This document shows, piece after piece, positions 38,701-51,018 of a stretch of DNA of 64,000 nt (positions are counted from its first letter, which is position 1; every line of letters begins with the position of its first letter). The notes beneath the pieces were generated by a model. The model saw nothing but the letters and a program-made list of their open reading frames with translations. It did no database searches and was not told the origin of the DNA. Position numbers and translations under genes: made by a program. This stretch comes from Gnetum montanum (taxonomy: Eukaryota; Plantae; Gnetophyta). The stretch covers positions 399,699-463,698 of the forward strand of contig MNCI01003059.1 in NCBI GenBank assembly GCA_015680685.1, given 5' to 3'.

Positions 38701-40483
38701 ATTCCCTGGAATAATGAATTTACTAAACAAACTGAAAAATACAACTTCCCTACGAGCATTCCATTTCAGCCAAGCTGGAGAGCACTACACCAGCACATGA
38801 TAAATAGTGCACCACATGCTTTGCACAGACNGGATTTCATATTAATAACTGGAATTGCAAGTCTAACCTTAAGAATCTTTGACTTGCTATTCATCATGTT
38901 GTTGTGTATCTCTTTTTGATTTGCATGGATCTAATTCATTTCTGGTAATATAACAAAGTCCAGATTCCTTTCAAAAATCAAATGTCGTTCAAAAATGAAT
39001 AGATGGAAACATGATAAAAAAAACCTATAGTTTTTCAAGACTAACATATCTGTGCCTAGGAATTTTGTTCTATTTATATTAAGTTCAGGGGAGTAGAGAA
39101 AAGATAAGCCACCTGAAAAATGCCAACAAAATAGCATATCTTTAAATTATAAAACACACTAATGACTGCATAATTTGTGCAAGTTGAATGAATTGATTTC
39201 ATTTTTTAAAGTCAAATACAGCATGCTCAAATAAAGTATGATGCTACAAACAAATTTCAAAACTATTTGTTTACCCTGTCAGCAAATAGATTCTCCTTTT
39301 TGGAATTCTGAAAGAGTGCCAGTTGAAACTCCTCCTATCATGAAAAAGAATTACACATTTACAAACGTTTGTTAAAACAGTTCTAACAATGACCAACACA
39401 GAACAATGAAAGTTTTCATTTGTATTATTTACAAAATAATTTATTACGAAATTCAGATCTCCCAAGTAGAGAAAACAGAAATACATGTATGTTATGCAAG
39501 GGTTTTAAATCTCATACCTTGTGGATCAGCCCATCACGATATACAGAATTGCTTAGCTTCTTATATAGTTCATATAATGCTTCAACTTCGCTCACTGTAA
39601 CTATGGACACATAATTTAACGGGATTTAACAAAGATAATGATATAACAAAAAAGAAGAACCCATAAACTCTACAAAGTATGAGTTACAAATAAACCATAA
39701 ATTACCGCTAAGGACAAATCATCTTCAAAGAAACAAATAAAAAAACAATTATAACAAGTACTTCACCTATATAAAAATTTTCCTGTTACACTAAATCACA
39801 AATATATTGTTTTGCCATATTGTTGTGCAATCAAATAAACAGATATCTATTTAACCATATTAGGCATCGCACTCAACAGAAAAAGTCAGAAAGCTCTTAA
39901 CACAAAGAACCAATGCTTCTTTCATTCCATAATTTGTTAGTTCTAAGCCTACATACCGAAACACAAAACAAAAAACAAACTAATTTCATCTCACAAACAT
40001 AAAAAATGACCATTAGATTAAATTCTTTATTGTAAGCTCAAAGAAAATAGAAACGTGTATGACCAGCCATGTTTGTAAATGAAAAAATGCCTAACTTTTG
40101 TTCAAAAATTTATCATTCGTTTCAACAGGGTAAGAATCACTTAATTTTAGTTGACAAGCATTTCAAGTATGAACAACTCAACCACAAAGTTTCCAACAAT
40201 GGTTTTAGCTCCAGGCAGCATTCCTTCATATTCAACTGGTTAGATCCATCTCCGTTAACCATTCAAACTTACCAATAAGGAAATCATGCTCTGAACACGA
40301 AGTTCATGCGTTTTGCACACAAAATGTATGAAGCAATATCAAACTGGTACAAAGACATTTTCGCAACATAAAAGAAATTTTCAAAAATTGCAAAAGATAT
40401 TCACATCTTGTCTGTGAGGCAAGATGAACAGGGTCTTCATATCCAGGGGGTTTCCTGACAGTCTTAGAGCCAACACAGCCCAT
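26657..40483 (-). CDS. CBL: Calcineurin B-like EF-hand calcium sensor, CBL4/SOS3-like, 213 aa, 8 coding exons
   Basis: Exons 40483-40405, 39600-39518, 39334-39275, 35113-35005, 34279-34227, 29109-29029, 28739-28627 and 26720-26657 (79+83+60+109+53+81+113+64 = 642 nt). All introns GT-AG and the frame is open. Protein: [81 protein letters not shown]. Has the MGC lipidation motif and the FPSF motif. Confidence 0.95.
27562..28078. repeat. ~180-bp tandem repeat, 3 copies, in the last CBL intron
   Basis: Units start agagttactt/agggttactt at ~27562, ~27741 and ~27921; each contains cacaagggctaaaa and ctctcaaatct. Confidence 0.9.
28627..28739 (-). CDS. CBL: CBL coding exon 7
   Basis: [37 protein letters not shown](K). 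Confidence 0.95.
29029..29109 (-). CDS. CBL: CBL coding exon 6
   Basis: [27 protein letters not shown]. Confidence 0.95.
32835..33520 (+). mobile_element. 5'-truncated RTE-clade LINE fragment
   Basis: Degenerate [29 protein letters not shown].., [21 protein letters not shown]; 3' end ctcatgtagccaaccaca...aggctaagatgatgatg. Confidence 0.85.
34227..34279 (-). CDS. CBL: CBL coding exon 5
   Basis: (F)[17 protein letters not shown]. Confidence 0.95.
34478..34925 (+). mobile_element. Second, shorter RTE LINE 3' fragment
   Basis: [53 protein letters not shown]; same 3' end as 32835-33520. Confidence 0.85.
35005..35113 (-). CDS. CBL: CBL coding exon 4
   Basis: [36 protein letters not shown]. Confidence 0.95.
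35480..38214. mobile_element. Solo LTR (~2.7 kb) in CBL intron 3
   Basis: TGTTACGTCCC...GGGTGTTACA with perfect TSD CAAAT (35475-35479 and 38215-38219); homologous to 22160-24875. Confidence 0.92.
39275..39334 (-). CDS. CBL: CBL coding exon 3
   Basis: [20 protein letters not shown]. Confidence 0.95.
39518..39600 (-). CDS. CBL: CBL coding exon 2
   Basis: (F)[27 protein letters not shown]; AG/GT flanks. Confidence 0.95.
40405..40483 (-). CDS. CBL: CBL coding exon 1
   Basis: [26 protein letters not shown]; donor GTGAAT. Confidence 0.92.
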
Positions 40484-43400
40484 GTCTAGTAGCTCTTCTA
40501 GGATTCCAAAGAAAAGTTCTCCAACGTCAAGAATTCCTCGGTCTCTGTAACCAACAAGAAATCATAAGTGCAAAGGCAATCAATCTACGCTAATTGAAGT
40601 CTTATTAGCTGTTTTAAAAATGACTGCCATGAACAACCGAAATGGACAGCGGTTCCAGTACCAAAAACGGAAAAATATAATGCAAATTGTCAACAGTTTC
40701 CTTAAAAACCAAAGTAAATGTTTCTCATCGGAAATTCAAGGCAAAGGCATAGCTGTGGATGTGATTATTCCAATAAAGCAAATGGAATATCAACAACATG
40801 CTTTGATAAAGTTGCAGCCAATACGCTTCTCTAATTATCTTGCGAAAACGTCAATACAAGCGAGAACTTAAAAACAATTGAAGGCTATGAAAATCCAAAA
40901 AAAAAAAAAATAGTATTTCTCGACTGTTCCTCCTCTCTCATAGGTAACCTATATCCATTCCCGTGACAATAAAAATTAGAATCACGTCATCCAAAAGATG
41001 AGATAATTTACCAGAATGTCATGCTGCATTTTCGACGACTATCGCCTAACGCGGTCTCTACAACAAAAAGCACGGACACAGACGCGCAGGCAGCCATAAA
41101 CCTGAATGCATTTAAATGGGAACCACAGCAGCCAAGGCGTCACCAGATCTGATCCAGCATTTAGGATCTGATCCAGCATTTAGGATCTTCGTGAAAACGT
41201 AGCACAGATATTTTACCGGTTCACGGAACGCTCGTAGGTGTGCATATAGTATCATCAAGGCGGTGTCTCATGTCAGCCACGACGGACGTTGATGAAAGCG
41301 ATTCGATGCGACATTCGCGTATACTTGTATGAAAGTCTTGCTGGCGCACGGCTTCCAATCCCATCATGGCGTGCCAATTTCTGTGTCAGATTCTGTACCT
41401 GCTGAGGTCTGGAATGAATAAGCGTTCTTGAAAATGTCAATGCGTTTTATTTTTAAATCTTGCCGGCCGGTTTTTGTTCGGTGACCGGTAGCTGCCTCTG
41501 CAAAATCAGTCATCGTAAAATCACTTCATGACTTTTAACAGGTTGATAACACTGTTTTGGCCAATTGAATACGCTATTTTTTATAGAAATTTTGCTCCAA
41601 GGGTAAAGTAATTTTGCTCAGTGTAAACCAATCTTAAAGTAAGAATTCAAATTTGCTTTTTCATGAAGTTAATTTTACTGAATAGGTAAGAACAGAAATA
41701 TATCTAAGACTGTCAAAATAAAGATGTAAGTCTTAAAATTAGTTAAACGAAATTGCTTTACACCTTTGCAAAATTGCTATCGAAAACAGGAAATGCAATT
41801 TACCAGGTAATAATGATGAAGTGATATTTTTTTAATTCTTTAGGAGCAACACCTTTCCGTCTTTTCGATGACATTACCTGGTCTTAGAATTGATATACCA
41901 CCACTAGCGATTACCGTAATCTTACATGACAATAACTCATGATCTGAAGAATATCTGGTAAGCCGGTCACCATTTACCTGACAAGATTACAGGACTACAG
42001 AGCTGCAGGGCTGAATCTCGGTGAAATTACAGATTTTATTTCTTTTTATTTGCTCTCGGAAAACCTTTTTTCAGCTTAAAACTAGATCGTCGTCTGATCG
42101 ATCAAGCATGTCAATGACGTTGCCATAGTTGACTACTATTCGTTAAGGCCTATGAATAGTCGAGTTGATGCAATGCCAGAATAATAATTAAATATCAGCC
42201 AGGCAGACCATGGTTCAAGTATGACCAGACACTTGTGGGATGTTTTTTTTTATTTTGATTCAAGAAATCGTTTTTCCATCAAAGAAGAGTATAATACGCT
42301 CACACCTACCAAGAGGTGGGACGCTTTCGAGGCGAAAGCATTATTCGAGTGATATAATATTGTTTAAGCTTTTGGCTGATTATGTACGAGGTCAGCTTGT
42401 AAATTCTGACTGCTCTGAACATCTGAGAAGACACCGATATGGTGCTTAAAATATGAAAACGATGATACGAGTTTTGCAGATTATAACATTGAACAGCTCT
42501 GCTCGGCTCTGCTACTCAAATGTCGGAAAAGGTTTGTTCACGTGAATTAGCAGACACGAAGGTGCATTCGATGCAGGAATCCAGCGAAAGAAGCTTAAAA
42601 AATCACAGATTCGGAAAAATTGTCAAAGCAGGAGACAGACGTAGGGTAGGTGTCATCTGCCACATGGTGGAGGCCGGCAAACGACAATCCAGAAAAGGAA
42701 CGACAAAAGCGCAGACTGAAAAGTTGCTTCTACGTATAGTCAATTTCATAAATTTATTTTAAAAAATGAAAAACGGGCCATGAAGGTGACATGAAAGCCA
42801 TTGCATGGAGACAGCTACACCATCATGGCGTGGTAGATGCTCCCATTAGGATAAGAGCTGCGTTTGTTTGTGGAAAAATAAGAACTAGCTAGTGTTTGTT
42901 TGTAGAAAAAATTGAGAGTGGAGAGTATGTCTTGTTGGTGGTTTGAAGGTTGCTTCCTTTTAAGAACTAGGGTATGGGTGGCTACAAGCATGGAGATTCT
43001 TATGGTTCCATGTTATTTTAACTATATGGCCTTGATTGCTTTGTGTACTACATCAAAAGGATACGTAGGTTTCAAGGAAGAGCTTTGACTATAATGTTGA
43101 GGCCATTGCCTCTTTTTTTTTAATGAAAAAGGGCTTACAGCTAGATGCGTTAAAGTAATAATCTGTTTTACCTCATAAGGAGACAGTGTGGTATATCTAT
43201 ACCTGTGTGTGCACATATCGTTGATCCTCTTGCTTACTAGAGGCATATTCATTACAATTCTAACATTTGAATTAACATAATGTGTTTGCAAGTGCTGTGA
43301 ACATTGAAACATAGGCCATCTTAGATCCACTATGGTTAACATAGGCCATCTTAGATCCACTATGGTTAATATTAGAGTCAAAGGTGGTGGAAGCCCTTCT

Positions 43401-43740
43401 CCATGGTAGTGTAGATATTAGACTCAACAAATCTGATATTTTCATGTGACAGTTTTGTTGTTTTTTTGGAAAACCTTAAATCTAACGTTAAGATTCCCCA
43501 CTCTCCGAGCAATTTTGAACGTGCTCATAAATATGGGCCCCATACCTCTGTTGAAAAAGAAAGTTAAAGCAGAGTCGTATCTGATTGTTTCGACAACGTC
43601 CTTGGAGTTGGAGCCCCATACTAACTTTGATTATTTGAACATCGTGGTCGCGGTGTTCATTTGTCATCTTTGTCCCTGGCTCAGCCACAGACGGCCTTAT
43701 CCCAACTGTATGCCTTACCCTAACTACATTTATTCAACTT

Positions 43741-44002
43741 TACAAGTTGTCCTCATCTTGGGTCGTCACAGCCAAATCAATAATACCGACATTCTATGAT
43801 GCTATTTTCAACTTGCACATTGTACTTACCCTTATCTTATCCTTACTATCTGCCTTACCTTTCCTTAACCCAATTGCAGCCAACTCTACAAGTTGTCCTC
43901 ATTTTTGGTCCTCACAGCCAAATCAATAATACTATTCTATGATGTTATTTGCAACTTGCACATTTTGCTTACCCTTATCTTATCATTACTATATACCTTA
44001 CG
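43741..44002. repeat. ~147-bp local tandem duplication; smaller duplications at 41146-41187, 43308-43370 and 44466-44538
   Basis: tacaagttgtcctcat...cttacccttatcttatc occurs at ~43741 and ~43888. Confidence 0.8.
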
Positions 44003-44554
44003 TACATAAATAAATAAATAGTTTGCCATTTTCTAAACGTAATAAAAATTTAAAACTCTGGATTTAAATTTTTCTGCTTGATTATGTATGCAATTACGAA
44101 CCTGTTAGAGCTCAAATTGCACACTTGGTGGATCGTATGTACTGTTTGATGGGAATCAAGGCAGCGTTTCCTTTCCTTTGATTGACCTTGCCTCGTTATA
44201 CGGCACCGCCAAACATGAAATGATTTTGAAAGCGTTGTTCATAAAATCAAATTTACCATGTTTCAGTCTACGCTTTTGCTGTAGTCTGCTTGGGCTACGT
44301 GAGGAGCTTAAATTTTCAACTTCAATGACGTATAGTTGATGGGGATTTGTATTTACAGGCAAAAAAAAAAACCATAGCAAATCAACGTGCCATCAGCAAA
44401 TCTTTTGCTTGTCATGCCGATATACCTTCAACTCAAACAAGGTTACTATTTAGGCAATTACAAAGGCTATGATGTGATTGGTGAGGGCATGGGTATGTAT
44501 GCTATGATGTGATTGGTGAGGGCATGGGTATGTATGCTGTGAATTTTTTATTGA

Positions 44555-46086
44555 TGTACATAAATAATGTGTCATCATGTTCACGGTTGTGTTTCATGTT
44601 GACATGAATTCAATTAATGGGGGTGAGCGTAGTCAAGATTTTCAGCGCAAATGAGGGTGCCAATGTGTGGAGAGTGTCTCCCAAGCGTAGTTTTAGGCAC
44701 AGCTATGCAATGAAACAGCAAAAAATACAAATAAAATGCGAAAATGCAAAGAGAGGGAGAGAGAAGTGGAACACCACCCCAAATGAGGTTGAGCGTAGTT
44801 AACACCAAAAGATGTTAAAGGGTACATAATGTACAACAGGTGCAGTGGACAGTGTAGTCATAGTCTCAGGGGTGTCTAGCAGCAAAGATTGGCATTCCGC
44901 TAAGGTGTTCATGTCTACTGGGTTGGCTGCCGTGTTCTAGTGGACTACAATGGGCTACAGTGATCTACAACTTTGCCAATACACCTTTGGTTCTCTCCCA
45001 AGCATTCCTTAGATTTGCCAAGTCTCTGGTTTGCTAATTTTTGAGCTCTAAAATTTGCCAACTGTTGAAATTTTGCCAACCCTGAAAACGTTGAGGGCAC
45101 AGGTATTTATAGGCCTAGGTTAGTGGAAGATGCAGGATGGCTACCATGTGGCAAAGGGAATGGTTGGGACTATGCTTTCACCCAACTACACTCTCCACTG
45201 GGACAAGTGGTGTTGTGCTTTGATGTGCTCTACGGGACTTTGTAAGATTGCAAGACTGTAACTACGCTGCCAACTACATGTGTGTGCTGAAAAGACTACC
45301 AGGGTGCCTTAAAAAAATGCAAATTTGCAGACTACACTCTGGGACTACGTTTTCCACTATCTTGCGTAGTTACAAATTTGGGGCCAAAAAGGGGATACAA
45401 AAAAAGCATTTTGCTAACTATGCTTGCCGAAGGTGAGTTGGAGCTAAGTTGAGTGGCATTGCTACACTATGGAGGCTACTAGAGGTTATTCTTGCTGACT
45501 ACATTTGACTATGCTTTGGACTGGGGAAGAGTGTAGTCTCGGAGTTAGAAAAATTTGAAGAAAAAATTGGTCTCCATGCTGACTATGCTCTCTACTGGAG
45601 GTTGACTACGCTTCCAACTAGGGATGAGCATAGTCCCAAGACTTGTCAAAACTTGTGAAAACATGCCCTTTTGCTAACTATGCTCTCCACTAGAGGCTAA
45701 CTATGCTCCTAATAGGGGCCGAGTGTAGTCTTGAGACTTGTCAAAATTTGTGAAAACCTATCCTTTTGCTAACTACGCTCTTTACTAAAGGCTGACTACA
45801 CTCTAGGGTAGTGGAGAGAGTAGTCCCAACACTTAGAAAAATTTGCACTAACTGGCTTTATGTTGACACTTAAAAAAAATTGCAAAATTGGCTTTCGTGT
45901 TGACTATGCTCTCGAATGAGGGTAAGCATAGTCTTAACACTTAGAAACATTTGCAAAAATTGGCATCCCGTGCTAACTATGCTTTCCATTGGGGGCTGAC
46001 TACACTTTGGGGCAGTGGAGAGCATAGTTCCAATAGTTAGAGAAATTACAGCCAAGATGCTGTAGTCTAGATTTGGTGGTGTTTCA
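44555..46086 (-). repeat. 3' LTR of element B
   Basis: Minus strand starts TGAAACACCACC at 46086; TATA context cctaggcctataaatacc like A; probable ...GTACA end at 44555 (less certain); ~80-bp subrepeats at 45540-46060. Confidence 0.7.
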
Positions 46087-47023
46087 TTGACTCCTCTTTG
46101 TTGATGTCTAGAGGAGTGACCTGAGGGATGTTGACAAAGAACAACAAAACACCACAGCAAGCTTGACGTTAACATCGCTTTTCAATGTGTGGTCAGATGT
46201 TGTTGCACCTTGCTCAAGAGTGCTATGGATAGTGGTATGCTAAAAGGCAGGTGAAAGGCAGAAGTAAAAGGATGTAGGCGATGCGTTGGGGATAAAAGGG
46301 AAGATGAGGTGCAAACAAGATGTTATAATGCAAGGACTTCACAGCTAATGGTGACCATGGCATCAGAGTGGCTTGCCCTTGAAAATGCTGACCTCTTGTT
46401 AGAGTACTTATGAGAGAGTTGATGTGGATTCAGGGTTGAACCGATTGCAAAATTGTAGTGCTACTAGGTTGCTTGGGGACATGCTCTTCCTCTTTTTGCT
46501 CTTTTTGTTTCTTTTCTCCTTTTTATTTTTTACTTTTTGCTCTTGGGCGAGCCTGCTTTGGGCTTTGCATGTTGCTAAATGCTTGTTGTGAGGTGCTTTC
46601 CATCGAGTGAGTTGTATGTCACTAGTTGGGCTTTACTTTGGTGTTTACAAAACTGTGTCGCATTTGTACGACAGGTGTTTCCTCCCCTTGATGACTTGTG
46701 TTACATCTGCCTAGGCTTTGACTAGCCAATAGAGGCTTTCCACGAGATAACTTATGTTACGTTCACCTTGGGTTCTATAGTTCGACTTGAAGAGGGTGCC
46801 ATGTGGTCATAGCACATGAGCGTCAAAAAGGTTTGCAATCTTTGCTATGCAAGGAATGAGAGGGTATTGGGATGTAGGAGTAGATGTGAGTAGGCTATAA
46901 CGGGATAGTGGGGATATGCACTCTTGAGAGGTTTGACTAGTTCAATCATATATGTTGGAGTGATATGGTGACTTGCTGCTGTGATAAGATGCACCTTTGC
47001 ATAATCGCTTGGAGCTTCATCCT

Positions 47024-47925
47024 TGATGAGCGGCTAGGTACCCCTATGCCCAACCATACGAATCATGGGCGTTCACACGCGACTCGTTCAAATTTTGTAG
47101 ACTATAAGCACTTAACATACACTAGACTGTAACCAGTGAAACCTTGGGTTAGAATGGTCATTGTCTTCCTAATCTCACTTGTGATGTTTTGTTTACGATG
47201 GTTAAGTGAGATTAAGGCTAATGATTTTTATAGCTTTTTACTTATCTTTTGGCGGCTAATTAAGGTATGAAAAGTAACAAATAAACTATTATCTAATCTA
47301 TAATTATCCTAGCTTGTACTCTAACTATTCCTAGCATAAGTATTCGATCCCATCTTCTGAGCATGTTCTGAGCATCTCCTAACACTTCTATGTTACTAAA
47401 CGTTAAGTGTCACTGGGTTTACCAAGTGTTTGATTTACGTTTGAGATGGTCATACTTATGACCTTTACAAACTACGAATGAGTGATAGTAATTAAAATAA
47501 CAATAACAGAAACTTAAGTAATTATCAAAGCATAAACATATTAAACTATTGAATGCATAAAATGGCTAAGTCCAAATGCTGCAAGGAATGCTTGAAGAGT
47601 TTGCCTTTATTGTCGTCACACCAATGGGCTCAGATACATCAATGCTCAAATAAAGAGCTGATCACTTTTCTTACACCTACTACGGACACTTGGAAAATAT
47701 TCTATCTCCTGCAGGAACAAACTGCAAGAGCTTCACTACAACTGACTAAAAGATGAATAAATGAGGCAGAAGACCCTCTTATTTATAAGCCGAAATAGGC
47801 TTCACGTAAACAGGGCCATGTCGACGCATGGAAAGCTACGTTGATGGGGCTGCGTCAACGCGACTACGTATACGCAGCCCAGAATACGCGGCCTAGTCGA
47901 TGCATCAACTAATGACACTTCATCA
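47024..47925 (-). repeat. 3' LTR of element C
   Basis: Colinear with 59046-59933; PPT adjacent at 47926-47938. Confidence 0.95.
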
Positions 47926-48176
47926 TACCCCCACGACTAAGTAAAAACTCGTCCTCGAGTTACTCTACAAATTGGAAGGTATGGGCTTTTATTTACAATG
48001 CACATGACTTGACATACATATGACACACACATGACTCAACACTAATTTTACCAAGTGCCTGAGTTACAGAGAAGGACAAGTTACAAAAAATGGTGGTGTT
48101 CTAAGACAAAATTGAACACCTTGCTGGTCCTAAAGTCTTTGCCGTGTAGAATGATGCAAAAAATTATTGGAGAAGA

Positions 48177-51018
48177 TCACACCGTCCCTGGGGACGGTGG
48201 TTTTGACGAACCTTCACCAGCTTTTGGCCCATGCGATAGCGGTGGCATGAATGATGGATGTCCTGCAACAGCTACCACTTCTGGAGGCAGTCGAAAAGCC
48301 TCCAAGAGAGCCCTCATTTTTTCTTCTTTGCTTCTAGGATCATTCACTATCCAGGTGGCTTCACCAATGTGTGCTGGAACTGGAACCTCTCAAAGACACA
48401 ATAGCGTTAGAAAGAGTTCTTTCAGGTTGACAAACTAGGCTACGAACTACTTTCGTTCGATATCGAATGCTCGGATTGATGCCTACAGCTACTAGTAGTC
48501 ATTCATTCGATGTCCCAGGTTCTCCATGATTGTACGTTATCCTTCAAGTCACGTGCAGAGAACCTTGAGTTCCGTGTTTGCTATTTCCAATTTTTGCTTT
48601 GTTGCTTTATGCGCTTGGAACTCTCCCTCGTATAAAGAATACGATGCAGCCACTTACTTTTCCAATTTTGACCGCGGTCTCCCGGTTGTGAGCATGGCTA
48701 GGTTTGCATAGAAAAGGTTGGCAAGCTCCATATATTCTATCATCTCCTCAATCTGTAGCTTCTTAAGGCGGATTTCAGCATTATTGTAGTCATTCAACCC
48801 ATCAAAGATAGGTTGCCATACATCGCCTCCTTCTTGGAGCTATTGGAGTGCTTGGTTCATTTTGGCCTTTGTGACCTGAATCTGTTTTTCATTCACTTCC
48901 TTCTACAATCCCACTTGGTCCTTGTAATGATTTTTGATGTTTTCAAGTTTCAAGGCCTCATTCTTTCAAGCGTCGATTTTAATTGCAGATTTCTGTTGCA
49001 ATGGCCGAACCTCCTCCATTGACAGATTTCTATTTTCAGTGGCCAACCTTCTTACGTCAGCATTCACCCTGGCTAGTTCTTCTTGCTGTTGGTGGATAAA
49101 ATTTTTCATGTGTTCATTTTCTGCACCAACATTACATAGGCGATGAACCTCCGCGGTCAATTAGACGTTCTCCTGGAGAACCTCCGTTAAGTCCTTGTTT
49201 ACAGTATATGCTCGAACATTTGCCAAGGACTTATCAAAGATCGTCATCTCTCGCTCATCCTGAACTATTTGAAGTTTAGTCTGAAGCTGTTGAAAAACTT
49301 CATCTCTTGTGATTTCACGGTTGAGGATGGCTGGATCGGCAAGTTGGGCTCTTAATTGGGCTACTTCTGTTGCCAAGCGTTGACAAGCATCTTGAGCAGC
49401 TTCAAGTTACCCTTCGAAAACGAGGCTCTAACCCCTTGTCGAGAGCAGCTCCGACTGGGTTGCAGTAACGTTGTCCGGAAGGTCGAAGACATCCAGAAGC
49501 GGTTGCCCGATCCCCACCAGTCGGTCCAACAGTTCTTCGTGTTGGGCTGCATCCATTCTGCTACGTGAAGTTTCGGTAGACGTCTATACATCTTGAAGCC
49601 CATGCACATCTGGTACATGCACCGCCGGTGCATTGAGAACTATAGCAATTATGTCAGCAACCACTTCGGCCGCAATCTCTTGTCCTTGGTGTTGCATCAC
49701 CAAGACTGTTGCCCCTTCACCATCTTCCAAGTGTACTGAGAAGGTAGTAGCATTCCTAGAGGTAGCAGCATTCCAAGTGTACCTCTTGAATACTAGGATC
49801 TGTCCTTGTTGGTACTTGCTCTCGGGTTGCGAAGAACATCGGCCCTGCTCTTTCAAGTAAGCTAACTGATTGAGCCACTTACTCCAGGTGGCTCATTGTA
49901 GGGCGATAGACTAAAGGGTCCTCTCCTTCACCAGTTCTGCCTGATTGCTCTTGCTGGCTCAAGAGCATTTGTCGGATTACGCGGATGTGTTTTACAATGC
50001 TTTGCGAACCTGGCTGTGTTGGTTGTGCAGGTGGTGGAGGTGGTTGCTACTCCTCCTTTGTTTGTGTAGTGGTGGGAGTTTTATCCTTCATCATTTCCCT
50101 CCAAGAGGCAATCGGGACGTGTCGGATTACATCATTGGAGTACCGTGCTATCCCTTCCCATTTGCACAACTTTAGGATTACGCAGTGAAAGGGGAGAGCT
50201 CATCTTTCACGTTCGTTCTCAACGAACCTCTTTTAAATCTCCAAAAATAGCAGCTATGAAAGACTCATTGGGAATTTCCCACTCAAGGCGGCACACGCAC
50301 GAGGGGAGAAGGTTGTGATTTTGCTGGGTCTTACCGTTGGACTTAAGTGGTAAGATGCAATCTTTGAATATATCCTTTCCACCATGGTTAGAGAGCCAAA
50401 TTCCTTGTGCTCTACCCCATAGCATCATTTGGTCCATTCCACCTTTACCTCTAGGTCAGCCTGTTTTGGAATTTCCACCACATCTGCCCTGGTCTCAGGC
50501 AACCCTAGAGCCTATGCTATCGTCTCCAAAGAGTAAGAGACATAAATGTATTTGATTCTTACTCTAGACCCTGGTTGCCGATTCATCCAAAAGAGGTAGG
50601 TCTCTCCTAAGTACCATTCACCACTGGTTGTGATGATTGGCACAATCAAAGAGTTTTGCAGTTGGAGCCTCACTTCTTCTAGAGCGTTCTCGAGGAATGG
50701 TCCAAAGTTTAGCTCTTGAAGAACCATTCACTGCATCTCATGCGGTGTGATAGCATCAAGATAGGCTTGGGTTAGGGTGACCTCAAGCCGTGGTGCTATC
50801 CCAAGAGTCTCATCCTCTTACGATTGCTCATCGGGAATCTCCTCTTCGGGAATCTGATGGACAGATTCCATGTTAGGTCCTTCGCAGAGAGGGCCAGTTG
50901 CATGAGAGCCCTCCATGTGCTTTGGCGGTTACGCGCCTCGTCCCTTTCCCATTCGTGGGCACTTGTCCCTTGGTTGCGATGGTCCTTTGCCCCTTGGGTG
51001 CCTTGGTTTTGGTGCCAT
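48177..51018 (-). pseudogene. 3' accessory ORF of element C (env position): basic N-terminus, gypsy accessory domain, long coiled-coil; decayed
   Basis: ttgcag|ATGGCACCAAAACC at 51018. Pieces include SGEWYLGETYLFW..VSYSLETIA*ALGLP and heptad-rich ORFs 49161-49376 and 48966-49160; ends SKPPSPGTV* at 48177. Confidence 0.7.

Noticed and set aside
41400-44450. Short ORFs upstream of the CBL gene (42240, 42520, 43022, 43446, 44156)
   Set aside because: No recognisable motifs; some are produced by local tandem duplications. Treated as promoter or intergenic DNA.
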